DNA of 64,000 nt from Clostridia bacterium (GTDB lineage Bacteria > Bacillota > Clostridia > Christensenellales > Aristaeellaceae). How positions within the stretch are numbered: the first letter of the stretch is position 1; the number at the start of each line of letters is the position of its first letter. Under the pieces are notes generated by a model. It made no database searches. It was given only the letters and a program-made list of their open reading frames with translations, and was not told the DNA's origin. Positions 8,420-17,850 of this stretch are shown here, one piece after another. The stretch is taken from positions 898 through 64,897 of the forward strand of contig JAUNQH010000005.1 of the NCBI GenBank assembly GCA_030536295.1. Direction: 5' to 3'. The position numbers and the translations under genes were made by a program.

Positions 8420-10753
8420 TTACGGCACCATGATCAGGGTCATGGCGCCCATGTAATCCAGCGTCATGCTGCCGTCCGTTTCCGGGGTCATGGTGATGAC
8501 CACGGTGCCGTAGGCATCCACTTCAATACGTTCGTCAGACCGCTTCCAGGTGTAGCCGGGCATTTCCATACCTGCCATGGTGAACACCGCGGATCCGTCT
8601 GCATTCAGCAAAATGCTGTATTCTCCGCCAAGAACGGATGCATCCATGCTGACACCGCCCGCGATATATGTGCTGGCCGTATATCTGACACCGACGAAGT
8701 CCCCGGCTCCGGCATCGCCACTCGTGCCGGGCTGTGTTTCCGCGGTCGGAGCGGACGCGGGCGCACTGATGATCTGCGCCGCGGGATCGGCGGGAAATAC
8801 GGAAGCTTCGGCAGCCTGATCCCGGCTGAAAAGGATATATCCGCTCAGATAGCTTCCCCAGCAAAGCGAGCCGTCTTCCAGGAAGCTCAGAGGTGTTCCG
8901 TCTCCCCAGTAGCGGGTAACGCCTTCCTCATCCGTTCCCCAGCGGCCGCCGCCATCGGAACCGAAATAGTCAAAGTCGCCTGTTCCGTCAGCGTTCAGGG
9001 TCAGGATGATCGTCATTCCGAAAAGCTTTCTCGGATCACCGTCCATGCCGCCCGTGTGCATCCAGGTGCCATACCAGATGCCGGCATAATCGTCATCCCC
9101 GGCGGTCATTGCGGGGAGTGTCTGTACCGGCGTTTCGGCGGCGGGAGGAGCGGTCGGTGCTTCTGTCGGTGCCGGTGTTTCGGTGACGGCCGGCTGTGCC
9201 GCCGCGGCGGTCAGATCTTCACCGGGCACGGTCAGCGTCACAGTCTCTTCAAAAGCCTTCAGGATCTCCTGATACCACGGCCGATCGGCATGACCGGAAT
9301 GATTCGCGTCAACATCGATGAGCACGCGGCTTCCGTCACTCAGCGGTTCACTGATGATCGCCCAGTCAACTTCTCCGCGGTAGTTGACATGCCGGTACAG
9401 CGTGATGCCTCTGTCAGTCTTCACGGTGGTGTAGGTGTCATCCTCACCGTGACCGTGCGCTGTATGGGAGTTGATCTCCCAGTACTTGTCCGTAACGTAC
9501 AGACGGGTGGTATAGCTTGTTTTCTTTGCTTCCTGCCGGTTGTAGCACCAGTCGAAGAAAGCCCTTCCGCTGTTGAGACGGGGTTCCTTGTATTCATAGA
9601 ACTCATCGACGCCCTTTTCCGGATCCATGGGAACGCAGAATGACAGACTGACACCGTTTTCCGGATGGGTGAAAGTATATTCCTGCCAGTAATCCGGCCG
9701 ATCCTTCGCCGCCGGAATGAATACGATCGGATCTTCCGGATGATATTCATCCGTGAGGATCGGTTCGGCCGTGATCACGGGGGCGGGGGCTTCGGTCATC
9801 TGCGGAGCGGGTTCCGGGGTAGCTTCCGGAATCGGCTCTTCCGTGACCGCTGCGCTGACAGGAACCGAACCGGGGAATGTGTATACCGTTCCATCCGTCT
9901 CTGTCCAGCTCAGTTGAAGGGAATCCAACAGGGCCGCGCCTTCGGTGCCTTCACCGCAGTTGATGCGGCTGATCCTGACGCCGACGGATACATGCTCCGA
10001 CAGCCGCGCATCATACTCGAGCCAGTCCCATCCGGTGTGGTGATAGGTCCGTCCTGTCATTTCCACGCCGGCAATAACGCGGCTGTCCGCAGGCTGCAGG
10101 TTTTCCCACTTGTCCTTATAGAAGTCCAGCATGTCGGGCGTGTCAAAAGTCACGACCTCGATCCGGGGATCGTTCTGATCTTCTCCGCGCTCATTGTAGA
10201 AATACACGGAATTGCTGCTGCTTTCCTTGATTCTCCAGCCGGTCACCGGCATCCGGACCGATACGGTCACGGCCGGATTGCTGAAGCGCTGTATCTGAAC
10301 ACTGACAGGCTCCGTTTCGCGGCAGGCCGTTTCCGCCAGCCAGTCCGTCAGATCCGCGCCGGCCCATTCCGCGGAGTTGAAACCGCTTGTATTCCACTGG
10401 CAGGCTTCAAACCGGCCGCTGTCATCCCGGCCGCGGAAGCAGACGTGAATATAATGTGTCGCATCCGATTCCGCGATCCAGTCAAAATAATGGTCGCCCA
10501 AAGCGGTCATGCCTGTATCACGGTGCCCCTTGTCCAGCCCTTCCACACCGGTAAAGGCGACAACTTCCTCATAGGTCCTGTTCCTGTAATAGCCGTCATC
10601 GATCCAGCGGATCAGACGCAGCACGTCATCATACGGCATCAGTCCGTTCCCCGCGGACGCGGGTTCGAGGTTCTCCGCGGCCGCGATGATGCCGCTGCAC
10701 AGCAGGCAGATAACAAAGATCCCCGCAATGCATATCCTGACACGATTCTTCAT
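8420..10753 (-). CDS. secreted multidomain protein with Pro/Thr/Ala/Glu linkers
   Basis: Signal peptide; TEEPIPEATPEPAP and TETPAPTEAPTAPP linkers; two C-terminal beta-rich repeats (LTLNADGTG / ILLNADGSA); RBS aggagg. Confidence 0.8.
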   Translation of the reverse strand: MKNRVRICIAGIFVICLLCSGIIAAAENLEPASAGNGLMPYDDVLRLIRWIDDGYYRNRTYEEVVAFTGVEGLDKGHRDTGMTALGDHYFDWIAESDATHYIHVCFRGRDDSGRFEACQWNTSGFNSAEWAGADLTDWLAETACRETEPVSVQIQRFSNPAVTVSVRMPVTGWRIKESSSNSVYFYNERGEDQNDPRIEVVTFDTPDMLDFYKDKWENLQPADSRVIAGVEMTGRTYHHTGWDWLEYDARLSEHVSVGVRISRINCGEGTEGAALLDSLQLSWTETDGTVYTFPGSVPVSAAVTEEPIPEATPEPAPQMTEAPAPVITAEPILTDEYHPEDPIVFIPAAKDRPDYWQEYTFTHPENGVSLSFCVPMDPEKGVDEFYEYKEPRLNSGRAFFDWCYNRQEAKKTSYTTRLYVTDKYWEINSHTAHGHGEDDTYTTVKTDRGITLYRHVNYRGEVDWAIISEPLSDGSRVLIDVDANHSGHADRPWYQEILKAFEETVTLTVPGEDLTAAAAQPAVTETPAPTEAPTAPPAAETPVQTLPAMTAGDDDYAGIWYGTWMHTGGMDGDPRKLFGMTIILTLNADGTGDFDYFGSDGGGRWGTDEEGVTRYWGDGTPLSFLEDGSLCWGSYLSGYILFSRDQAAEASVFPADPAAQIISAPASAPTAETQPGTSGDAGAGDFVGVRYTASTYIAGGVSMDASVLGGEYSILLNADGSAVFTMAGMEMPGYTWKRSDERIEVDAYGTVVITMTPETDGSMTLDYMGAMTLIMVP

Positions 10754-11042
10754 GGATTGCCCTCCTTGCTTTTTTCATCGGTGACCAGCCCTGACAGGCC
10801 GGCTGTATCTGTTTTCTTCCTGAGACCATTATACATGGATCCGGCATTGCTGTCACCTTTTTCCTGAAGCTGTTCCGTAAGAGAACCGCTTTTCGGGAAC
10901 TGTATTTGTCCGGATGATCATCTGTCACACCGTATGTGCAGACCGGAGGAGGAAACGGCAAAAAGAAACAGGACGACGTGTATGGTCTTCCTGTTTCAAA
11001 TACGGATATCCGGTTCCTGACGGTGTTCCGGGCATGCCGGCG

Positions 11043-11792
11043 TCACCGTCCGCGCTTCGCGAGAAGATAAGCATCGATCGCTTCGCAGGCAAAGGCCGCG
11101 GTGCCGCTGCCCGCGTATTTGTCAATGTTGTCCGTCATATCGCCGCCGCCCGCATACATCTGCCCGAGCGAGAGCAGAATCTCATCGGTGCAGGTATAAT
11201 AGTGCGACGTGATAAAATCCTGCAGCTGCCTGACCAGGACCTGTGCCTCTTCCGACCCGGGCCCCGCGTGTCTGATCTTTCCGAGTGCCTCAAAGATCTC
11301 CATCATCTGCATACCGAGCAGCTTTTCTTCCTCTTTGCTCCGCCCGGCGGATTTCTGCTCAAATTCCCTGTACGCTCCGGTCATTCCCCAGGATGCTTTC
11401 GCCTGCGCGGCATATTCATCGATCCTGCGGGTATCAAAGTCTTCAAAACATATTCTGCTCATCTTCCGTACACCTTTCGTTTTGATTCCGCGGGCGAGGG
11501 CGATCAGATCCTCCAGATGATCCCTGCGCAGCTCCAGCAGACGGATCTGCTGTTCCAGTGCGGTGTTCCGGTCAAAGTCCGGACTGTCCAGTATCATGGT
11601 GATCTCTTTCAGCGGAAACTGAAGCTCTTTGAACAGCAGGATCATCTGCAGCCGCTCCAGTGCCTTGTCATCATAAAGCCTGTAGCCCGCTGCCGTAACT
11701 TCCGTGGCCGGCAGAAGCCCGATCTTGTCATAGTAATGCAGGGATCGTATACTCACCCCTGACAGTTTGCTCACTTCATTTACCGTCATCAT
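11043..11792 (-). CDS. MerR family transcriptional regulator with TipAS-like C-terminal domain
   Basis: MTVNEVSKLSGVSIRSLHYYDKIGLL...GYRLY; C-terminal LGQMY...NIDKY.G.GTA.F. Confidence 0.92.
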   Translation of the reverse strand: MMTVNEVSKLSGVSIRSLHYYDKIGLLPATEVTAAGYRLYDDKALERLQMILLFKELQFPLKEITMILDSPDFDRNTALEQQIRLLELRRDHLEDLIALARGIKTKGVRKMSRICFEDFDTRRIDEYAAQAKASWGMTGAYREFEQKSAGRSKEEEKLLGMQMMEIFEALGKIRHAGPGSEEAQVLVRQLQDFITSHYYTCTDEILLSLGQMYAGGGDMTDNIDKYAGSGTAAFACEAIDAYLLAKRGR

Positions 11793-11824
11793 GGATCAAC
11801 ACCCGCCTTTCCCGTGGTAAGACC

Positions 11825-11855
11825 ATGATAAGGTATGACGTTGTGTCAGAGTCAA
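11825..11855 (-). promoter_or_regulatory. MerR-type autoregulated promoter
   Basis: Minus strand TTGACT-19 nt-TATCAT; the 19-bp spacer carries the dyad TGAC-ACAAC-GTCA. Confidence 0.8.
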
Positions 11856-11953
11856 GCACGATTTTTGCAGAAATGTCGTTGCCCGTTTTTTCATTTCTCC
11901 GGACCGGCGCCCTTTATGCGTACTTCCGCCGGATCGCCGGCTGCCGTGATATA

Positions 11954-12643
11954 TCACCAGGGGCGGGGGGAACCGTCATAGTCAAAATACATCCCGTTTT
12001 CCGGATCATGCCGGTGAGCGTCGACTGTAAGCGCCACGCCGCGTGCCGATTCTTCAGGGGACAGAGGCGCTTCCGGCCCGCCCATCCGCGTTCTGACCCA
12101 GCCGGGATGGATGAGCAATACACGGATCCCGTCTTTGGAAAGATAGCGCTGCAGAATAACGGACTGCATATTGAGGGCGCATTTGGACATGCAGTAATCA
12201 TATCTTTTGATATAGTCCGCATGGGTCGTGATGCTTCCGGCTTCGGAAGAGATATTGACCAGCAGTTTATCTTCGCCGCGGCGCAGCAGATCAACACAGC
12301 ACTGAACCACGCGAAGCGGCCCCAGGGCGTTGATGCTGTACATGGGCAGGGCCGCGTCGATATCAAAATCCTCCAGCCGGCGCTCGCTTTTTTCATACAG
12401 CACACCGCTCGCGTTGAGAATGATATCCAGATGATCCGTCATTTCATGCAGCTTTTCCGCCAGCGCATGGACAGAATCCGTATCGGATACATCCGTCCGG
12501 ATATATGTGCAGTATTCCGCGGGCCATTCCGGCGGATCGCTCTGGATATCCGCCGCATAGACATGATAGCCACGATCAATGTACTCACGTACCAGACAGG
12601 AGCCGACTCCGCCGGCAGCTCCCGTGATCAGCATCTGCTTCAT
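11954..12643 (-). CDS. SDR family oxidoreductase (CsgA/C-factor-like)
   Basis: TGAAGGVG, NISSEAGS, YCMSK, HPGWVRTRMGG. Confidence 0.9.
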   Translation of the reverse strand: MKQMLITGAAGGVGSCLVREYIDRGYHVYAADIQSDPPEWPAEYCTYIRTDVSDTDSVHALAEKLHEMTDHLDIILNASGVLYEKSERRLEDFDIDAALPMYSINALGPLRVVQCCVDLLRRGEDKLLVNISSEAGSITTHADYIKRYDYCMSKCALNMQSVILQRYLSKDGIRVLLIHPGWVRTRMGGPEAPLSPEESARGVALTVDAHRHDPENGMYFDYDGSPRPW

Positions 12644-12732
12644 AGGTTTTCTCCTGTTATGTTTTTCGGGTCCTGTAAGCGATCGTATATCTTCGGGTCA
12701 GTTTATTAGGAGATATCAGGCGGCGGGTATTT

Positions 12733-15447
12733 TTACAGCAGCTTCTGCATAAGCCGGACACCTTTCTTTTTCGTCAGCAGCAGAGAGACCGCGCATACCG
12801 TGATGCTCAGCGCGATATAAAGGGGCGGACTGACCATGAATCCATCCTTTGTCAGCAGACGGAGCAGCACTTCAATAAACATGATGATGACATAGTGGAT
12901 CATGTAGTACGGCATGATCAGTGTTCCAGTCCGGTCCAGCCACCGCGCGACCCGGCAGGAATCCGGAAGCCGGCAGAAGCAGACGATGACCCCTGCCAGC
13001 GCGGGGTGGATCAGCAGTTCCGGAACGGAAGACAGATAGCTGTCCCGGATCCGGGCGACTCCGGAAATGATCAGCGCGGCGCAAACCGCGAGCAGACACG
13101 CAGACATGATGCCGATCCTTCGCGTCCGTTGCTCCTTTTCCCCGGGTCTCTGCCGGATATACCGGCCGCAGAAATAGCCGAGCATCGGGATCACCATCCA
13201 TCCGAAAAGCGGGAAGAAACTGTATTCACCGGTATACACGAAATTTCCGGCAAGAGTTCCGGTCAGATAGTCCTGACCGTCCCATCGGCCGGAGACCAGA
13301 TAGAAGATCACCAGCAGACCCAATGGAACGGCCGCGGCCGCGATCTCCGACCTCGTGAGCTTCCGGATCAGACCGAAAGCGATATAGAACAGCGCGACAA
13401 ACATGTAGATATCCGAACCGGCGAAATAGATGAACAGCTCGTCATCGCTGCCCCGGAACAACAGCATGATCAGACCGGGCAACAGATACCGGAAAGCATC
13501 GAAGATCAATGCCAGCTTCAGAAAATGCAGACCGCTTCCGAGCAGGTTAGCCGCCTTTCTTTCACCGGAGGAAAGTTTGTTCCCGAGCATCAGCATGAAA
13601 ACGGCCGGTGAAGCGGCCAGCTCCAGAATCTCCGTAAACCTGAGGAAAGGTCCGGACGCCATGCCGCAGGCTGCAAACTCGCCCGCGAAGTGAACAAACG
13701 GCAGAGCGAACATGGCCAGGGCCACCAGAACATTGAAGGTGCTGACAGGGGCGGAAGGGGCTTCCGTTTTCCTGCCGCCATCCAGGATCCGGGCAAGCGC
13801 CCGGGGTGTGGAAGCTCCCTGAAGGGTCGAAGGATCCGCCTGCACATGGAATTCTTTTTCAATATCGGCAATGATCTCCATGTATGCCAGAGAATCTCCG
13901 CCCAATTCCTGCAGGGGATCGTTCCGGCCGACCTTTCTGCAGCCCAGACGTTTTTCAAAGATCCGGCACAGCTTTTCCTCTGTCGGATCCGCAGGGGCTT
14001 CATAGACGACCGCGTTCGGAACCGTTGGGTCCGGCAGCGCGTTTCTGTCCACTTTTCCGCTGGCGTTGAGCGGGAAGGACGGCAGGCGCACGATCCATTG
14101 CGGGATCATGTAATCCGGCAGCGTTTCGGAAACAGCCTTACGGATCTCCTCGCCGGAAAGCCCGGAGGGGGAAAGATAATAAGCGGCAAGGCTCGTATTG
14201 CCGGCATGGTTCACGATTGCCTTAACAATTGCCTGCTCCACGCCGGGCACCGCGGCAATGCGGGCCTCCACGCCCTGCGTATCAACGCGCATACCGTTGA
14301 CCTTGACGATGGAGTCCATACGGGAAACATAGAACAGATCACCGTTTTCATCGATACGGCCCTGATCACCGGTATGGATCATTTGCCGTCCGTCGGGCAG
14401 CTGCTTGAATTTAGCTTCCGTCAGGGCCGGATCGTTCAGATAGGAAACGCCGTAAGGCCCGATGAAGCAGATCTCTCCGTTCTCACCCTTTCCCGCCGGT
14501 GTTCCGTCCTCACGCAGCAGCACGAGCTCCAGTCCCGGAACGGCTTTTCCGACCGGGACCGGGTATTCGCCGGGCGCGACCCGATGAGTGGCCGCGATGC
14601 CGAGCGTCTCACTCTGACCGTAGACATTGAAAAACGCCGTGCGTTCAAACAGGCTTTCGTCCACCGCGGGGAAAGGTTCTCCGCCCAAAAAGACGGTTTT
14701 CGGCAGTACGGAAAAGTTACGGAGGACCTTCAGAAGGCTGGCGGTCATAAAGGTGCCGCATACAGCCGTTTTCCGGATGAACCCGGAAAAACCGGGCAGG
14801 GACATCCGGGTCTTTTCGTCGACCAGGTGAACCGTGGCACCGTCCAGCAGGGAGACAAAGATCTCGGAAGTGGACGCCACAAAAGAGAACTCCGCCATGG
14901 CGGTACGCGAATAATCCGCGTCTCCCATCAGTCCGCGCTGCAGGCAGATCACCCCGGTAAACCCGTTCATGGTATGTACGATACCTTTCGGCTTGCCGGT
15001 GGTTCCGGACGTGAACAGCAGATATGCCGGCGCGTTCCCGGCGTCAAGATCCTCCGGCAGGATCACTTTTTCGTATTCCGCCGGGAGAACGTCAAAAAAA
15101 CTGTCTGTGATGGTATACGCGCTGCCGCATTCGGCGCAGATCTGCCTGACCCTTTCTTCCGGGTAAGACGGGAGAAGGGGCACGAACGCGCAGCCGTTTT
15201 TCAGGATGCCCAGTACGGCAGCCACATATTCCATTCTCCGGCTCATACGGACTGCAATGTAGCTGCCGGGTACGATGCCTTTCCCGGATAACGTGAAAGC
15301 CACCCGGTCGCTCAGTTCATCCAGCTCACGGTAAGTTGTGGCCCTTTCTCCGTTCCGGTCCGTGACAGCGATCCGGTCCGAACGCAGTAGAGCCTGTTCA
15401 GTAAACAGTTGTGGATACAGATGGTCCTTCATCGGCGCGGTGTACAT
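12733..15447 (-). CDS. single-module NRPS-like protein: adenylation + PCP + multi-TM acyltransferase-like (DUF1624/HGSNAT-like) domain
   Basis: A3 YLLFTSGTTGKPKG, A5 NVYGQSE, A7 HTGD, A8 VKVNGMRV, A10 NASGKVDR, PCP LGGDSL, then ~330 hydrophobic aa (FVH, PAVFMLMLG, FFPLFGW). Start position uncertain. Confidence 0.85.
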   Translation of the reverse strand: MYTAPMKDHLYPQLFTEQALLRSDRIAVTDRNGERATTYRELDELSDRVAFTLSGKGIVPGSYIAVRMSRRMEYVAAVLGILKNGCAFVPLLPSYPEERVRQICAECGSAYTITDSFFDVLPAEYEKVILPEDLDAGNAPAYLLFTSGTTGKPKGIVHTMNGFTGVICLQRGLMGDADYSRTAMAEFSFVASTSEIFVSLLDGATVHLVDEKTRMSLPGFSGFIRKTAVCGTFMTASLLKVLRNFSVLPKTVFLGGEPFPAVDESLFERTAFFNVYGQSETLGIAATHRVAPGEYPVPVGKAVPGLELVLLREDGTPAGKGENGEICFIGPYGVSYLNDPALTEAKFKQLPDGRQMIHTGDQGRIDENGDLFYVSRMDSIVKVNGMRVDTQGVEARIAAVPGVEQAIVKAIVNHAGNTSLAAYYLSPSGLSGEEIRKAVSETLPDYMIPQWIVRLPSFPLNASGKVDRNALPDPTVPNAVVYEAPADPTEEKLCRIFEKRLGCRKVGRNDPLQELGGDSLAYMEIIADIEKEFHVQADPSTLQGASTPRALARILDGGRKTEAPSAPVSTFNVLVALAMFALPFVHFAGEFAACGMASGPFLRFTEILELAASPAVFMLMLGNKLSSGERKAANLLGSGLHFLKLALIFDAFRYLLPGLIMLLFRGSDDELFIYFAGSDIYMFVALFYIAFGLIRKLTRSEIAAAAVPLGLLVIFYLVSGRWDGQDYLTGTLAGNFVYTGEYSFFPLFGWMVIPMLGYFCGRYIRQRPGEKEQRTRRIGIMSACLLAVCAALIISGVARIRDSYLSSVPELLIHPALAGVIVCFCRLPDSCRVARWLDRTGTLIMPYYMIHYVIIMFIEVLLRLLTKDGFMVSPPLYIALSITVCAVSLLLTKKKGVRLMQKLL

Positions 15448-15633
15448 GAGGTGCTGACATCTCCCGTTTCTTATTTTCATTCGTGCTGCCGCTTTTGGCG
15501 GCATGAACGGTCTTTGTATTACAGGAACGCGTTTCCGGAATCACGGTCCGCCGTTTCCGTCTTCAGGTATTCCTGCAGAACGGTGTATTCCCGCAGATAT
15601 GATCCGCGCTTTCCGGCACGGCAGTCCGGCCAT

Positions 15634-16800
15634 TCATTTCAGGCTGAACGTGTAAAGTTGTTTGTAATCTGTATGCAGCGCCAGCCGGATCGACTGACGA
15701 TTCAGGTTATAGACGGCGCTCCACTGGGTAAAGCCGAGGTCCTTTCCGGCCAGGCAGTTCTGGCTTGCCTTTTCCAGCGCCTTCATGCAGTCCTCCTCGG
15801 AAATGCCGTCCGGGTTCTTGTCTATAGCTGTCTTCAGGATATCATCACGGTCGTAGCCGTAGCCGAAATGATCCGCCCGGTTATTGTAGAAATTGGCGGC
15901 ATGGAAGCATTCCTCCACAGTCAGCCGGCTGCCGATCCACTCCAGTATGACGGAACGGTCCGGATCCGTTACCATAATATGATAATCCGACTCCGGCAGG
16001 GACCTGATATTGACGGTACGGGCAAGAGCGACGGCTTCCGCGCAGTTTGCGCAGGAATCCAGCATCATGCGCATCAGAACGGTGTGGGGTACTGATCTTT
16101 TACCGGGCTCGGTCTGGCGCGCGGACTGGCCTTTTATGACCTTCCAGGTCCTGCGGTCGCAGGGATTGATGATGATGCTCCGCTTTGTCAGCCGTCCGTT
16201 CATTTTGTCCGGGACCTCGCCGGGAGCATTCAGAAGCACAAGGTCCTTCTTCTCTTTTTCACTGAGAGTGGCCGGGTCCGTGTAATCTGTTTCCTCGAAA
16301 CTGTTGTCGGTAGTCAGATGGAGAATTGAGACAGCCAGCCCTTTTTCATTCACACCGTCCATTGTCAGAAAGGGGAGCATCAGGGCACGGAGCGTGTTTT
16401 TATCCTTATGGTCAAAGGAGCCCCTGCGGAAGATCCTGCAGTTCGGATCCAGCCAGACAGCGTCACAGATGCCTATGGACGCGTATCCGGCTTTTCCGCC
16501 TTGGGATCTGAGCACCGTGATGAGCCCGGTCATCTCTTCGGTACCGGTTTCCGGATCGTGATAAATATGGCGAAGATCGTAATTCCGTCCGAGGAGCATC
16601 TCCCCGGCGGGCGTTTTGTGCGCGAATACCGTACATCCCGCATCGAAGATCCCGTCCAGAACGGGAAGCAGCCTGTAGTAATCGCCCGTGTAATCCATGC
16701 TGTAAAGAAGGCCGTTTCTGTCCTCTTTCTTGATGGATGCAACATTGTGCAGCAGGGGGAGAAAACTGCAGATCTCTTTCAGACCGATCTTTATATCCAT
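15634..16800 (-). CDS. linear amide C-N hydrolase (choloylglycine hydrolase/Ntn family)
   Basis: AGCTVF (candidate nucleophile Cys after processing), GRNYD, DGVNEKGL, TQWSAVYN. Confidence 0.85.
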   Translation of the reverse strand: MDIKIGLKEICSFLPLLHNVASIKKEDRNGLLYSMDYTGDYYRLLPVLDGIFDAGCTVFAHKTPAGEMLLGRNYDLRHIYHDPETGTEEMTGLITVLRSQGGKAGYASIGICDAVWLDPNCRIFRRGSFDHKDKNTLRALMLPFLTMDGVNEKGLAVSILHLTTDNSFEETDYTDPATLSEKEKKDLVLLNAPGEVPDKMNGRLTKRSIIINPCDRRTWKVIKGQSARQTEPGKRSVPHTVLMRMMLDSCANCAEAVALARTVNIRSLPESDYHIMVTDPDRSVILEWIGSRLTVEECFHAANFYNNRADHFGYGYDRDDILKTAIDKNPDGISEEDCMKALEKASQNCLAGKDLGFTQWSAVYNLNRQSIRLALHTDYKQLYTFSLK

Positions 16801-16981
16801 ATCCGTTCACGCTCCGCATTCATTACCGCCGTCTATATCAAGGCTGCGCCCTTTGTTCTGCCGACTACAGCAGTTTACCACAGAAACCGGCTGAAATGAA
16901 GATACACTTGTGAATGTACGCTGATTCTGTATAATAGAAAAGGAATGATCGACAGTATATCTGACAAAGCGGGGAAACGTC

Positions 16982-17701
16982 ATGAGAGAAAAAATGCCGG
17001 ATGAACCGATGAACGGGGTCAGGGCAGTCTGCTTTGATCTGTTTTTTACACTGGCGGATCCGCAGTGTGACCTTGAACATACCGAGAGCGATCCGCTGGG
17101 CGTGTCCCCGGAGGAATGGGGGAAAGCCTGCTGGGGAGAGCCGCTCGGCACCGAACGCGGGCTTGGTCTGGTCAAAACAGACCGTGAACTGATCCGGAGG
17201 GCGTGCGAATGTCTGGGAAGACCGGTGACGGAGGAACAGATGGAACAGGCCAGACTGGCGAAGAATGCCAGAATGAGGAAGGCCGTGACCGATATCGCGC
17301 CGGAGATCACGGAAACGGTACGTATCCTGCGTGAACGCGGATACAGGACCGGGCTGATCTCCAACGCCGATGTCAGTGACAGGATGCACTGGGATGAATC
17401 TCCTCTGGCACCGTATTTTGACGATGTGATCTTTTCCTGTGACGTGGGGATCCTGAAGCCGGACCCGGCCATCTATCTTCTGAGCCTGAAGCATCTCGGC
17501 GTCCGTCCGGAAGAAGCCGTGTTCGTCGGGGACGGAGGAAGCAGCGAGCATAAAGGCGCGAAGAAGGTCGGCATGAATACGGTGTGCGTGCAGCATCTGA
17601 TCAGCTACACCGGAAAGAACGGAACGAAGATCCGCAGATACGCGGACCGCGTGACAAACACCTTCCCGGACCTGCTGCGGATCCTGCCCGGAAAAGAGTG
17701 A
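16982..17701 (+). CDS. HAD superfamily hydrolase
   Basis: FDLFFTL, LISN, KPDPAIY, FVGDG. Confidence 0.9.
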   Translation: MREKMPDEPMNGVRAVCFDLFFTLADPQCDLEHTESDPLGVSPEEWGKACWGEPLGTERGLGLVKTDRELIRRACECLGRPVTEEQMEQARLAKNARMRKAVTDIAPEITETVRILRERGYRTGLISNADVSDRMHWDESPLAPYFDDVIFSCDVGILKPDPAIYLLSLKHLGVRPEEAVFVGDGGSSEHKGAKKVGMNTVCVQHLISYTGKNGTKIRRYADRVTNTFPDLLRILPGKE

Positions 17702-17778
17702 GTCCGGCCGAAAGGACGGCGCAGACCGGAGATGTCATGCCACAGGGCATATGAGACCGCATCAGGGCACGATTGTGC

Positions 17779-17807
17779 TTGAAAAACCGGAACGGTTAAT
17801 GTATATT
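17779..17807 (+). promoter_or_regulatory. sigma70-type promoter of the flotillin gene
   Basis: TTGAAA-17-TATATT. Confidence 0.55.
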
Positions 17808-17850
17808 AATTATCAGGTACAGAACCAAAAGAATAACGGAGGGAAAAAGA

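Noticed and set aside
8318-10867. Long plus-strand ORFs (441 and 400 aa) and similar antisense ORFs, e.g. 13690-15291, 33130-34395, 41237-42571, 62597-63895
   Set aside because: Shadow frames of well-supported genes on the opposite strand in GC-rich DNA; no motifs
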